From Flavobacteriales bacterium (GTDB lineage Bacteria > Bacteroidota > Bacteroidia > Flavobacteriales > UBA7312), in assembly GCA_965277895.1 (NCBI GenBank), contig CBDIDR010000001.1, forward strand, positions 128,074-192,073: a DNA stretch of 64,000 bases, read 5' to 3'. Made by a program: the position numbers and the translations under genes. A model generated the notes under the pieces. The model saw nothing but the letters and a program-made list of their open reading frames with translations, did no database searches and was not told where the DNA came from. Shown piece by piece: positions 28,050 through 38,295 of the stretch; the first letter of the stretch is position 1, and the number at the start of each line of letters is the position of its first letter.

Positions 28050-31000
28050 CTAATCAATGAAATGTTTCCTTTCTTAAAAAACTGCGTTTCTCCGCCTACA
28101 CATCCAATGGTTAGATGGTAATCAAAAACAGAGGTAGGCTGTAGTTCACCTTTAAAAAAGCCATCCCAACTGTCGCTTTTTTGAGTTGAGAAAAACACCT
28201 TTTGTCCCCATCTATTAAATACATTGAGTTCAAATTCTCGAATAATATTTAGCTCATCTTTAATTCTGAACCTATCATTTAATAGGTCACCATTTGGTGT
28301 AAAGGCATTTGGAATAATGATGTTTTTGTCTGAACAGCAGTCGTCAGAAAGGGCGACATCAATGGCTCCAGTTTTCACACAACCGTCTTTGGTGGCTCTT
28401 ATATAATAGGTGCCATGTGAAGAAACCAAAAAGCTATCTTGTTCAACAGTAGTGCTAAAATCTGCACTAACTGACCAACTCAATTCCGTTGAATCGTCTA
28501 CAAATGCTTTAAGATAAATTGGCAAGCCACATATTTCAGCCTGAGGGTCATAGACTAAGTTAACATCGCTTACTTCTACTAACTGCCTAATGCTATCAAA
28601 ACAGTTTTCATACTGACCAATTAAATAGTATTCGGTCGTAGTACTTGGGGATGCAGTGGTTGATGCTTCAAAACTATCTTCTAATCCTGTTGCTGGAAAC
28701 CATTGGTATTCAAAATCTGCCTGAGTAGTAGGGTTTAATAACACACTATCGTCTTTACAAATAAACAAATCGCTTAGCTCTGAATTTTCATTTTTGTCAA
28801 TTGTAATACTCTTTCTTAGGGTGTCTGTTAGGTTACACGTTGTGGGGTCATTGGTAATAAGCGTGACTTCATAAACGCCTTCGGCAGTATAGGTATGTAT
28901 GGGCGTAGTTTCAGTAGAGGTAGTGCCATCACCAAAATCCCATGAATAGGAATTGTTATCTCCAATGCTTAAGTTTTCAAAAGTAACCTCCCAGTCACAG
29001 GTCAGTGAGGGGGCAAAGAAGTTTGCAATGGTAAGTGGGAAATCAGGGTCGAACTTAAACACCGCATTATTACAACTTGCTCCGTTAGTTGATGAGTAGG
29101 CACCATCAGTAGTAGGGAAATCAGAAAAGCCTCCGCAACCTGCACATACAGATTGATAGACCGTTCCTTTCTTATCAAATCGACTTGTTCCGCCGTCTAC
29201 GTGTTCTTCAGCTTGGTCGCCACCAAAAAATGAGGCATAGGATAAGGTGTTAGCGTTATCTTCAAAAATAATGAGGTAAAAATCACTACCATCCGTATCA
29301 GATTGAAAAGCATCAAAGGTGGTTACTAAATTCAAAGTGTTTCCGCCAGGTCCTAAATTTGTGGCATCATTAGTGGCACCACCCCATCCGGAACAATAAA
29401 TACGGTTGCAAGCATCTACCAAAAAGGCCGTTGGCGAGATGTCTATTCCGCCACTACCAGAACCAAATACAGTAGAAAATTCTAAAGACGATAAGTCTGA
29501 ACTTAACTTACAGACAAACTGCCCACTATTGGGTTGTGAAAAGACCGCATTGAATACAAGAGTATTGTTCGGTGCTAAACTTTGCCCAAAAAGATAGACC
29601 TCTCCATCATTGTCTAACTCTATAAAATAGGACTGGTCGTATTGGTCTGAACCAAAATATGTGGAGTTGATAATATTACCGCCATCATTAGAAAAATGAG
29701 TAACAAAGGCATCCACACTTCCACCCAAATAGTCCGAAGCGTATGCCGTAGCAGAGGTAGTTAAATTTGTTGAAGATGTACCTCCTGCAGCGTAGATGTT
29801 ATTGTCGTCATCAAGTGCTAAAGAATAGAGAGCGTCATCACTACTTCCGCCCCAATACGAGCTCCACAAAATAGTTTCTAAGGAATTGTCCATTTTCACT
29901 AACACTCCATCTTGACCGCCATTATTCGCCGGTTGAATGAGACTATTCACAATAGGAAAGTCATTGGAAAAAGTAGACGAAGCTATGTAACAATTACCTT
30001 CGCTGTCAATGTCTATTTCGCCTCGCATTTGATCAGCATAGTTATAACGTAAAGATAAAGAACTGTTAAAGCCATCGTTATCCGTTCCACCCAAAAAAGT
30101 AGAGGACAAGAGTTCTCCCCCATCATCGCTTAAGCGACTGACATATATATCGCAGCCATTTGAGTAGTTAACCCCCACTCCATTCACTGCTAGTAGAGGT
30201 CCTCCATTAAAGGTATTGTCAAATGCATTTTCTGTTACAGGAAAATCTGCAGAGCCTGTGGTGCCTAATACAAACAACTCTTCCTCATACACAATAAGGC
30301 TATGCGGCACTTCATCTCCTGAACCGCCTAAATAAGTAGAGTAAATTAAAAATGAGCCAGTCGTGTCATACTTAGTCAATACCACATCATTTCCTACAAT
30401 ACCACCGTTGTATGCGGTTTGATATGCTCCAACCGTTATGGGGTAACCAATATCATAAGCCGTTCCTCCTGCATATAAAAAGCCATAATCATCATAGGTT
30501 GCTGTATAGCCAAAGTTACTGGCAACCGACCCTGAATAGGATGAAAATATCATTTCGGGGTCAATAATTAATTCATAATTAGGGTTGTAACCATCAGGGA
30601 AATCAAATGAAAGTTTTTTGTTTTTCAATATAAATTGGCACTCTACGTCTACTTTTTCATTATCAATCCATTGATAGGCATAGGGTCGCTCTTCGGTAAT
30701 GAGGTTTAAAGAGGTGTGAAGGTGTAATCGCCCTTCTCTTAAGTCGATTTGATCAACCCCTTCTAACTTCATTTTTATATCTGAAGGTTTGGCGTTGGGG
30801 TGTACTATCCAATCGTATTTTAGTCCGTCTCCGTAGGTATATATGGTGTAATCTATACCATCATATAAATCATTATAGGTTACTTTTTGGTACTTCTTTA
30901 AGTTCGATACTCTTTGCCTATTTGTGAAGTAATTGTGCTTTCCTTCAAGGGGCTTGGAGTATGATATTACTGGAGTGTTGGCCTTTAAAAATTCCCAACG

Positions 31001-31237
31001 ATAAGCATGTGCTGAAAGGCTATCGTTTTGAGCCTTGACCTCATGTTGATGTGTAAAAGATGAGGCATCTACAAAATTAAACGTTAGGGCATTTTCTTCT
31101 AAAAATAAAGCTCCGTTTGCGATGTCTATTTTTGACTCAAATGGAATATCCCATTGTCCTTTATTCTCAATAAAAAAAAGGTTTTGAGCTATGGATGACC
31201 AAGAATAAAAAAATAAGACTATCAGAATTCCCCTCAT
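28046..31237 (-). CDS. Large cell-surface protein with beta-propeller (SBBP-type) repeats, a PKD domain and a T9SS type-B (gliding-motility-associated) C-terminal domain
   Basis: Repeats of the YSTYLGGSGDE / STFLGGTDNDG / SYWGGSSDD type; PKD segment YSWDFGDGTTS..HTYTAEGVYEVTL; C-terminal IIIPNAFTPNGDLLNDRF..VFNRWGQKVF..WDG. Confidence 0.85.
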   Translation of the reverse strand: MRGILIVLFFYSWSSIAQNLFFIENKGQWDIPFESKIDIANGALFLEENALTFNFVDASSFTHQHEVKAQNDSLSAHAYRWEFLKANTPVISYSKPLEGKHNYFTNRQRVSNLKKYQKVTYNDLYDGIDYTIYTYGDGLKYDWIVHPNAKPSDIKMKLEGVDQIDLREGRLHLHTSLNLITEERPYAYQWIDNEKVDVECQFILKNKKLSFDFPDGYNPNYELIIDPEMIFSSYSGSVASNFGYTATYDDYGFLYAGGTAYDIGYPITVGAYQTAYNGGIVGNDVVLTKYDTTGSFLIYSTYLGGSGDEVPHSLIVYEEELFVLGTTGSADFPVTENAFDNTFNGGPLLAVNGVGVNYSNGCDIYVSRLSDDGGELLSSTFLGGTDNDGFNSSLSLRYNYADQMRGEIDIDSEGNCYIASSTFSNDFPIVNSLIQPANNGGQDGVLVKMDNSLETILWSSYWGGSSDDALYSLALDDDNNIYAAGGTSSTNLTTSATAYASDYLGGSVDAFVTHFSNDGGNIINSTYFGSDQYDQSYFIELDNDGEVYLFGQSLAPNNTLVFNAVFSQPNSGQFVCKLSSDLSSLEFSTVFGSGSGGIDISPTAFLVDACNRIYCSGWGGATNDATNLGPGGNTLNLVTTFDAFQSDTDGSDFYLIIFEDNANTLSYASFFGGDQAEEHVDGGTSRFDKKGTVYQSVCAGCGGFSDFPTTDGAYSSTNGASCNNAVFKFDPDFPLTIANFFAPSLTCDWEVTFENLSIGDNNSYSWDFGDGTTSTETTPIHTYTAEGVYEVTLITNDPTTCNLTDTLRKSITIDKNENSELSDLFICKDDSVLLNPTTQADFEYQWFPATGLEDSFEASTTASPSTTTEYYLIGQYENCFDSIRQLVEVSDVNLVYDPQAEICGLPIYLKAFVDDSTELSWSVSADFSTTVEQDSFLVSSHGTYYIRATKDGCVKTGAIDVALSDDCCSDKNIIIPNAFTPNGDLLNDRFRIKDELNIIREFELNVFNRWGQKVFFSTQKSDSWDGFFKGELQPTSVFDYHLTIGCVGGETQFFKKGNISLIR

Positions 31238-31264
31238 AGGGGTAAAGATAACGAATCTAGGGGA

Positions 31265-32485
31265 CTAAAAATCAGTAGGTATTCCTACCAATACATTCAT
31301 TAAGCTATCCTTTAAAATATTGAAGTCTGCTCTATTTTCTTCCTTAACGGGTTTTGAAGGGGGTAACTTTTGCTTGTAAGGGTCAACTTGTCTGCCATTT
31401 TTCCAAAAGCGATAGCACACATGCGGACCTGTTGCTAATCCTGTACTTCCCACATAACCAATAACATCGCCTTGCTTGACGTATACGCCTGGACGTATGC
31501 CCGATTTTATTTTTGACATGTGGAGGTACTGAGTAGTATAAGTACTGTTATGACGTATTTTCACATAGTTACCATTGTTTCTTTTATACCTAGCATGTGT
31601 AACCGTCCCATTAGCTGTAGAGAGAATAGGCGTTCCTGTAGGGGCTGCATAATCGGTTCCTAAATGTGCTTTTACTCTACCTGTTACGGGGTGTTTTCTT
31701 CGTTTGCTATAGCTTGAGCTTATTCGAGAGTAGTTTAATGGTGCTCGCAAAAAGGCTTTGCGTAAAGCCCCACCCTCATCGTCAAAATAATCACCATAGT
31801 TTTCTTGCTCCTCAAAGTAAAAGGCATAAAAATCTTCATTGGCATGATTAAATAAAGCGGCATACACGCGTCCAATTCCTATAAATTCATCTTCTACATA
31901 GCGTTCTTCATATATAATTTTGAAGTAATCGCCTTTCTGTATTCTAAAGAAGTCAATAGTCCATGCATAAATCCCTGAAAGCTCCATCACTAAAGCTGGA
32001 CTCATATTATTATTTACTAAAGCATTCCACAAAGACGACTCAATTTTACCGCTTGACTCTTTTAGTCTAACTTCTATTTCTTTTTGTCCAGTATAAACTT
32101 TGATGGTATCTCTGATATCAAAAACCACATAGTCAGTACTCGAGGTTTCATAAATAAAGTACTTAGCTTTTTGAATGGAATCATTAGAACATATTACGGT
32201 ATAATTTTTACCCGCTTTTGCTTTTCTAAAATCAAAAATGCCTTTTGATGCTCTTACAATCTGATCAATTTTTCCGTGATTGATATGGTTGAGGTAGAGT
32301 ATAGCACCAAGCGTTTGTCCAGCTTCGACCTGACCTTTAACTACTTTAAAGGTGTCTACACAAATTCCATATTCGAAAACACTTGGAGCGGGAGCCTCTG
32401 ATTCTATAGAATTACAAGAAGAAAACACTATTAAAATACAGGCTACAATTCCAAATAAACCTAATTTAATATGTGTTTTTATCAT
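31265..32485 (-). CDS. M23 family metallopeptidase (lipoprotein)
   Basis: HLGTDYAAPTGTPI and GYVGSTGLATGPHVCY motifs. I prefer the start at MIKTHIKLGLFGIV..SSC (32485), which avoids overlap with kynA. Confidence 0.85.
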   Translation of the reverse strand: MIKTHIKLGLFGIVACILIVFSSCNSIESEAPAPSVFEYGICVDTFKVVKGQVEAGQTLGAILYLNHINHGKIDQIVRASKGIFDFRKAKAGKNYTVICSNDSIQKAKYFIYETSSTDYVVFDIRDTIKVYTGQKEIEVRLKESSGKIESSLWNALVNNNMSPALVMELSGIYAWTIDFFRIQKGDYFKIIYEERYVEDEFIGIGRVYAALFNHANEDFYAFYFEEQENYGDYFDDEGGALRKAFLRAPLNYSRISSSYSKRRKHPVTGRVKAHLGTDYAAPTGTPILSTANGTVTHARYKRNNGNYVKIRHNSTYTTQYLHMSKIKSGIRPGVYVKQGDVIGYVGSTGLATGPHVCYRFWKNGRQVDPYKQKLPPSKPVKEENRADFNILKDSLMNVLVGIPTDF

Positions 32486-32493
32486 TCTAGTTT

Positions 32494-33489
32494 TTAACTT
32501 TCGCTGAGGGCTTTTACAACCCATTGCCTTCCCCAATTATTCATTTCCTCCTCGGTCCACAACTCAGGGAAAAATATTCGCTTTTGAAAGCGTGGCGGTA
32601 AATATTTTTGCCAATTCGTCCCTCCTGTTGCATCAATGTCTTCCTTGCCTGAAGATAAATACCTAACGGCAGATTTATAATGAACCAAAGGCCAGTTGAC
32701 ATTAACGTTCAAATCTAATAAACGAAGTTGATGTATCAAATCTTCATTTTGCTGTTCTTCAACACTCAATTGTTGATATTTAGCCATTAGATTTTTATCA
32801 CTGAACTGATGGGCTCTTTGGATAAATTGAGCCATGTATTTTTTCTCGAAATTCTCGAGCATCAAGGTTTTTTTGCCTGTCTTTATATCTATGGCTCCAT
32901 CTTTCCAATAGAAGTGTTGAGCCATTTCTTCAATACTAGCGTCTTTTAGTTTTTCACGCTGTTCTTTGTCTGTGAGGTTAATGAGGTGAGAACAGGAGAT
33001 TTCAATTAATCGGTATTGTGCAGACTGGAAACCACTAGAGGGTAAGAGCGACATTCTAAACTTTAGAAATTGTTCTTTCTCCATGCCATTAACCATAATT
33101 CCAAATGAACTGGTAAGGACTTCAAAATAGCTGTTTATGCGTTTTAGCCTTTCTACAAAAAAGTCTGGAGACAGGCTATCGTTCCAGCCCATATCTCTTC
33201 CGTCATCGGACATTTTCTTGCCATTATTAGAAATTTGTTCTAACTCTAAAAGGGCAAGTTTAAAGTACAACTCTGTGATTTGATGATAAATGATAAAAAT
33301 TTGTTCATCAGGAAAATCAGTCTTTGGATGTTGTAAACTTAATAAAGTGTCAACATAGGTGTAATCCCAATAATGTAAAGGGTTAGCATACAATAGTCCA
33401 TCCAGGTATGCGGGTAAATCCTGACCTATTGAGGCATATTTCTTATCTAATTTCTCTAGTTTTTCTTTAATGTCTTTTGTCAATTCCAT
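32494..33489 (-). CDS. kynA: Tryptophan 2,3-dioxygenase family protein
   Basis: YWDYTYVDTLLSLQHP..DEQIFIIYHQITELYFKL pattern typical of bacterial TDO. Confidence 0.75.
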   Translation of the reverse strand: MELTKDIKEKLEKLDKKYASIGQDLPAYLDGLLYANPLHYWDYTYVDTLLSLQHPKTDFPDEQIFIIYHQITELYFKLALLELEQISNNGKKMSDDGRDMGWNDSLSPDFFVERLKRINSYFEVLTSSFGIMVNGMEKEQFLKFRMSLLPSSGFQSAQYRLIEISCSHLINLTDKEQREKLKDASIEEMAQHFYWKDGAIDIKTGKKTLMLENFEKKYMAQFIQRAHQFSDKNLMAKYQQLSVEEQQNEDLIHQLRLLDLNVNVNWPLVHYKSAVRYLSSGKEDIDATGGTNWQKYLPPRFQKRIFFPELWTEEEMNNWGRQWVVKALSES

Positions 33490-33547
33490 GAGTCATTATT
33501 TTTTATGCATAGCTATCAATTAAATAGGTCTTGTGGTATGTTTGAAA

Positions 33548-36319
33548 TCATACTACGATATTAACGATTTTCTTTGGGACTATAATCACCCTCTTTGGGC
33601 TTTTACCTTCTAAATATTGAGTAGTTTTCTCAAATGAGAGTACGGCTTTTTCGATATCGTCCTTGCTTAAGTCTGCCGATAAATCCATAGTAAAACGCAT
33701 TTTTCCGTTGAAAGAAACTGGATAGGTAAAGGCATCTTCTTGAAGGTGTTTTTCATCAAACTGTGGCCATTCTGCTAGTGTTACGGAATCCGTATTTCCT
33801 AACTTTTGCCACAGTTCTTCGGCGAAGTGAGGGGCATAAGGCGATATTAAAACCACTAATTGTGAGATGATTGTTTTGTTTTTACTTTTTAAATCGTTGA
33901 GCTCGTTAACGGAAATCATTAAGGTACTCACGACCGTATTGAAAGAATGCCTTTCAATATCTTCTGTCACTTTTTTGATGCATTTGTGTAGTGCTTTTAA
34001 CTCTTCCTTGTTTGGCTCGGATTGTTCTATGTCAAAATTATTGTCGTTGTCATGTGCTAATCGCCAAAACTTTCTCAAGAAATTATGAACGCCATTAATG
34101 CCTTTTATGTCCCATGGTTTAAATTGTTCCAAAGGCCCTAAAAACATTTCGTACATCCTTAATGTATCGGCTCCAAATTTTTCGACTAAGTCGTCTGGGG
34201 TCTGAACATTATATTTTGATTTAGACATTTTTTCAACTTCAAAACCACAGAGGTATTCTCCATTTTCATTCAAAATGAATTCGGCATCTTTAAATTCTTC
34301 CCTCCAGTTTTTAAAGGCTTCTACATCTAACGCATCATTATTTACTAAGTTGATGTCAACGTGTAGTCGGCTGCATTTGTGTTCTTTTCGCTTGTCAAAA
34401 CTTACGAATGTATTGGTGTCGTTTATTCTGTAAACAAAATTAGAACGTCCTAATATCATTCCTTGATTTATCATTTTCTTGAAGGGCTCATCGAAACCAA
34501 TAAACCCTCTATCGCACAAGAATTTTGTCCAAAAACGTGAATACAATAAATGCCCAACTGCATGTTCTGCTCCGCCTATATATAGATCTACTTGCCCCCA
34601 ATAATCTGCTTTTTCTTTGGATACAAATGCTTCCTCATTGTGAGGATCCATATATCTTAAGAAATACCATGATGAGCCTGCCCAACCCGGCATAGTATTG
34701 TATTCCATTCGTTCACCATGAAAAATATTCCAGTCATCTTTATTCGCTCTCGCCAATGGTGGCTCGCCTTGTTCTGTTGGCAAATATTTATCTACTGGGG
34801 GTAATTCAATACAGTCGTTGGTAGGCATAGCTTTAGCTATTCCGTCTTCATAATAAATGGGAAAAGGCTCACCCCAATACCGTTGTCTACTAAAAATAGC
34901 GTCTCTTAATCTGTAATTGATTTTTCCTTCACCAATTCCTTTTTCTTCAAGTGCTTCTATGACTTTTTGAATGGCTTCTTTAGACGTTAGTCCATTTAAG
35001 AAGTCCGAATGATCAATGATGGCAGATTTGTCTTCATTAGCCCCTTCACTGATGTCCGTATCTTTAAAAATATTTTTAATCTCTATGCCAAATTGAGAGG
35101 CAAAATTCCAATCTCTTTGGTCTCCACAAGGTACAGCCATAACTGCTCCAGTTCCGTAAGATGCCAACACATAATCGCCAATCCAAATTGGAATTCTTTC
35201 GTTGGTAAATGGGTGTATAGCATATGCACCTGTAAATGCACCACTAACGGTTTTCACATCTGCTTGTCTATCTCTTTCAGATTTCAGTGCTGCTAACTGA
35301 CAGTACTTTTCAATCTCTTCTTTTTGTTCAGGGCTAGTAATTTGATTGACCAACTCATGCTCAGGGGCTAATACCATAAAGGTCACTCCAAAAATAGTAT
35401 CTGGGCGAGTGGTAAACACATTGATAGATTTATCAAATCCTTCTACTTCGAAAGATACTGATGCTCCTTTTGATTTGCCAATCCAATTACGTTGAATTTC
35501 TTTGATAGAGTCACTCCAATCCAATGTATCTAAGCCACTTAATAAGCGTTCGGCATAAGCCGTAATTCGCATCGACCATTGTTTCATTAGTTTTTGCTCT
35601 ACTGGAAAATTACCTCGCTCTGAACGTCCATCTTTAACCTCATCATTAGCAAGTACAGTGCCTAATCCTTCACACCAATTTACCCAGGTTTCTGACAAGA
35701 ATGTCAATCGGTATTTTTGTAAGATGTCTTCTTTTTCTTGCTCAGAAAAAGCATGCCATTGTTCAGCCGTAAACTGCGGAGTATCTTCGTCGCAAGCTGC
35801 CTTAACCCCCTCATTACCACTTTCTGAAAAAGTATGTACTAGTTCCTCAATTGGTTTAGCCCTGTTATCGGTATCACAATAAAAGGAGTCAAACAATTGC
35901 TTGAAAATCCATTGAGTCCATTTGTAATAATTGGGTTCTGAAGTTCGAACTTCTCTATCCCAATCGTAAGAAAAGCCAATTTTATCGAGTTGTTCGCGGT
36001 ATCTATTTATATTATTTTCTGTTGTAATGGCAGGATGTTGTCCTGTTTGAATGGCGTATTGCTCAGCAGGAAGACCGAAAGAATCATATCCCATTGGATG
36101 CAAAACGTTATAGCCTTTGTGCTTCATGTAGCGTGCATAAATATCTGATGCAATATATCCAAGGGGGTGTCCTACATGTAAACCAGCTCCCGATGGATAC
36201 GGAAACATATCTAGCACATAAAATTTAGGCTTTGAATCAAGCTCCTCCACTTTGTAGGTGTTGGATTTTCTCCAATTGTCTTGCCACTTTTGTTCGATAC
36301 TCTTAAAATCGTATTCCAT
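33548..36319 (-). CDS. leuS: Leucine--tRNA ligase
   Basis: MFPYPSGAGLHVGHP (HIGH) and KMSKSK (KMSKS) motifs. Start at MEYDFKSIEQKWQ (36319), because a -7 box lies at 36340-36347. Confidence 0.95.
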   Translation of the reverse strand: MEYDFKSIEQKWQDNWRKSNTYKVEELDSKPKFYVLDMFPYPSGAGLHVGHPLGYIASDIYARYMKHKGYNVLHPMGYDSFGLPAEQYAIQTGQHPAITTENNINRYREQLDKIGFSYDWDREVRTSEPNYYKWTQWIFKQLFDSFYCDTDNRAKPIEELVHTFSESGNEGVKAACDEDTPQFTAEQWHAFSEQEKEDILQKYRLTFLSETWVNWCEGLGTVLANDEVKDGRSERGNFPVEQKLMKQWSMRITAYAERLLSGLDTLDWSDSIKEIQRNWIGKSKGASVSFEVEGFDKSINVFTTRPDTIFGVTFMVLAPEHELVNQITSPEQKEEIEKYCQLAALKSERDRQADVKTVSGAFTGAYAIHPFTNERIPIWIGDYVLASYGTGAVMAVPCGDQRDWNFASQFGIEIKNIFKDTDISEGANEDKSAIIDHSDFLNGLTSKEAIQKVIEALEEKGIGEGKINYRLRDAIFSRQRYWGEPFPIYYEDGIAKAMPTNDCIELPPVDKYLPTEQGEPPLARANKDDWNIFHGERMEYNTMPGWAGSSWYFLRYMDPHNEEAFVSKEKADYWGQVDLYIGGAEHAVGHLLYSRFWTKFLCDRGFIGFDEPFKKMINQGMILGRSNFVYRINDTNTFVSFDKRKEHKCSRLHVDINLVNNDALDVEAFKNWREEFKDAEFILNENGEYLCGFEVEKMSKSKYNVQTPDDLVEKFGADTLRMYEMFLGPLEQFKPWDIKGINGVHNFLRKFWRLAHDNDNNFDIEQSEPNKEELKALHKCIKKVTEDIERHSFNTVVSTLMISVNELNDLKSKNKTIISQLVVLISPYAPHFAEELWQKLGNTDSVTLAEWPQFDEKHLQEDAFTYPVSFNGKMRFTMDLSADLSKDDIEKAVLSFEKTTQYLEGKSPKRVIIVPKKIVNIVV

Positions 36320-36339
36320 TCCAAAAAATAATTTAACAG

Positions 36340-36347
36340 CAAAGTTA
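36340..36347 (-). promoter_or_regulatory. -7 promoter box (TAACTTTG) for leuS
   Basis: Perfect TAnnTTTG on the minus strand, 20 nt upstream of the ATG at 36319. Confidence 0.45.
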
Positions 36348-36395
36348 ATCAATCGTCTAAACTAAGCACCAAAAATTATTACCTTAGCGAACGTA

Positions 36396-37274
36396 ATGAA
36401 ACAAGCACAAGAAAGACATATAAAACGTAAGCTTAGAACTTCATCTCTGTCTACTATGTTGAGTATTTCTTTAGTACTGCTAATGCTCGGCTCTATGGGC
36501 TTCATTTATATTAATACTAATAGGCTTACAAATTACATTAAAGAAAATGTAGGTGTTAGTCTAATACTAGAAGATAATATAAAGAAAGTTGACCGCTTTC
36601 AGCTCCAAAAAAATCTAGACGCATCACCATGGGTTAAGAGCAGCCGTTTTGTAAGCAAAGATGAGGCCGCTAAAATCTTAGAAAGTGATTTGGGCGAAGA
36701 TTTTATTTCTTTTTTAGGCTTTAACCCTTTGTCAGCAAGTATTGAAGTGTTTTTAAATGCAGAATATGCTAGTGAACAAAACTTTATCGCTCTAGAAAAA
36801 GAAATCGAAGGCAATGAAATCATTAAAGAAATTATTATTCAAAAGGACTTAATTGATTCTATCAATTCAAACGTAAGAAAGCTTAGCTTGATATTGGTTT
36901 CTTTTTGTGTGCTTCTGTTGATTGTAGCCATAGCTCTGATTAATAATACAATTCGACTAACAGTCTACTCCAAACGATTCATCATACGAACTATGAAATT
37001 AGTTGGTGCAACCAATTCTTTCGTGCGAAAGCCCTTCCTCAGAAGTGGACTTATACAAGGTGTGTTTTCTGGATTGATTGGTGTGATTTTACTAATTTCT
37101 GTGTTATTTAGTCTACATAAAGAAATGCCTGAACTCTTAGTACTACAAGACATGTATACCATTGTACTTATTTTCGTTGGTATACTTTTATTTGGTGTAC
37201 TGATGAGTATAATTGTTACGAATATTGCCGTTGGCAAATACCTTAAAATGAACGAAAACGATTTATACCATTAA
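36396..37274 (+). CDS. ftsX: Cell division protein FtsX-like permease
   Basis: 292 aa; N-terminal TM, periplasmic domain, C-terminal three-TM FtsX bundle (MKLVGATNSFVRKPF). Confidence 0.85.
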   Translation: MKQAQERHIKRKLRTSSLSTMLSISLVLLMLGSMGFIYINTNRLTNYIKENVGVSLILEDNIKKVDRFQLQKNLDASPWVKSSRFVSKDEAAKILESDLGEDFISFLGFNPLSASIEVFLNAEYASEQNFIALEKEIEGNEIIKEIIIQKDLIDSINSNVRKLSLILVSFCVLLLIVAIALINNTIRLTVYSKRFIIRTMKLVGATNSFVRKPFLRSGLIQGVFSGLIGVILLISVLFSLHKEMPELLVLQDMYTIVLIFVGILLFGVLMSIIVTNIAVGKYLKMNENDLYH

Positions 37275-37277
37275 ACT

Positions 37278-37499
37278 ATGGAATTCAATTTTGGAAAAAG
37301 AAATTATCAATTAATGATTTTAGGTGTAGTGCTCATCATGTGTGGCTACATTTTAATGAGTGGCGGAAAATCTGAAGACCCAGAAGTGTTCAGCGATGCT
37401 ATTTTTAACTTCAGAAGACTTACGCTTTCAACCATTTTTCTTGTAAGTGGATTTATTGTTGAAGTCTTTGCTATACTTCACAAGGCAAAAGATGAGTAA
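37278..37499 (+). CDS. Small two-TM membrane protein (DUF3098-like)
   Basis: 73 aa; the position between ftsX and uppP is conserved in Bacteroidota as I recall. Confidence 0.6.
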   Translation: MEFNFGKRNYQLMILGVVLIMCGYILMSGGKSEDPEVFSDAIFNFRRLTLSTIFLVSGFIVEVFAILHKAKDE

Positions 37500-38295
37500 A
37501 ATTATTGTTGCTATTCTCTTGGGTATTGTCCAAGGGCTTACCGAATTTTTACCCGTTAGCAGTAGTGGTCACCTTGAAATCACCGCCTTCATACTCAAAC
37601 ATTTTGGTAATAGTGGTTTGCCTGAAGAAAATTTGCTCATGACAGTTGTTTTACATGCCGCAACCGCTTTGAGCACACTCTACATATTCCGTAAAGAAGT
37701 AAGTGAAATTATTAGAGGTATTCTTCAATTTAAATGGAACGATGAATTTAAGTTTTCTTTGAAAATCATTTTATCCATGATTCCAGCAGCTCTTGTTGGA
37801 CTTATTTTTGATGAACAAATAGACGCTCTTTTTGGCGGTCAAATTCTATTAGTAGGCTGTATGCTTATTTTAACAGGGCTTTTATTATATGTGGCTAATA
37901 AGGCAAAAAACACCAATAAAAATGTGAGCTACTCTAACTCTATTTTAATTGGTATTGCTCAAGCTATTGCTGTTCTACCAGGTATTTCTAGGTCAGGTGC
38001 AACAATATCCGTTTCTGTTTTATTAGGAATTGATAGGGAAAAAGCAGCCAAATTTTCTTTTTTGATGGTCGTCCCTCTAATTCTTGGAAAGATGGCAAAA
38101 GATATATTAAGTGGAGAAATTGCTTCGGAAAGTGCTACACTAATCCCATTAATTGCAGGATTTATAGCTGCTTTCATCACTGGTCTATTAGCCTGCAAAT
38201 GGATGATTTCCTTAGTGAAAAATAGCCAACTAAAGTATTTCTCTTTTTACTGCTTCATTGTTGGAGCCCTAGCAATCGTATTTTCTACATTCTAA
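37492..38295 (+). CDS. uppP: Undecaprenyl-diphosphate phosphatase
   Basis: GLTEFLPVSSSGH and PGISRSGATI motifs. The ATG at 37492 overlaps the upstream stop. Confidence 0.92.
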   Translation: MSKIIVAILLGIVQGLTEFLPVSSSGHLEITAFILKHFGNSGLPEENLLMTVVLHAATALSTLYIFRKEVSEIIRGILQFKWNDEFKFSLKIILSMIPAALVGLIFDEQIDALFGGQILLVGCMLILTGLLLYVANKAKNTNKNVSYSNSILIGIAQAIAVLPGISRSGATISVSVLLGIDREKAAKFSFLMVVPLILGKMAKDILSGEIASESATLIPLIAGFIAAFITGLLACKWMISLVKNSQLKYFSFYCFIVGALAIVFSTF

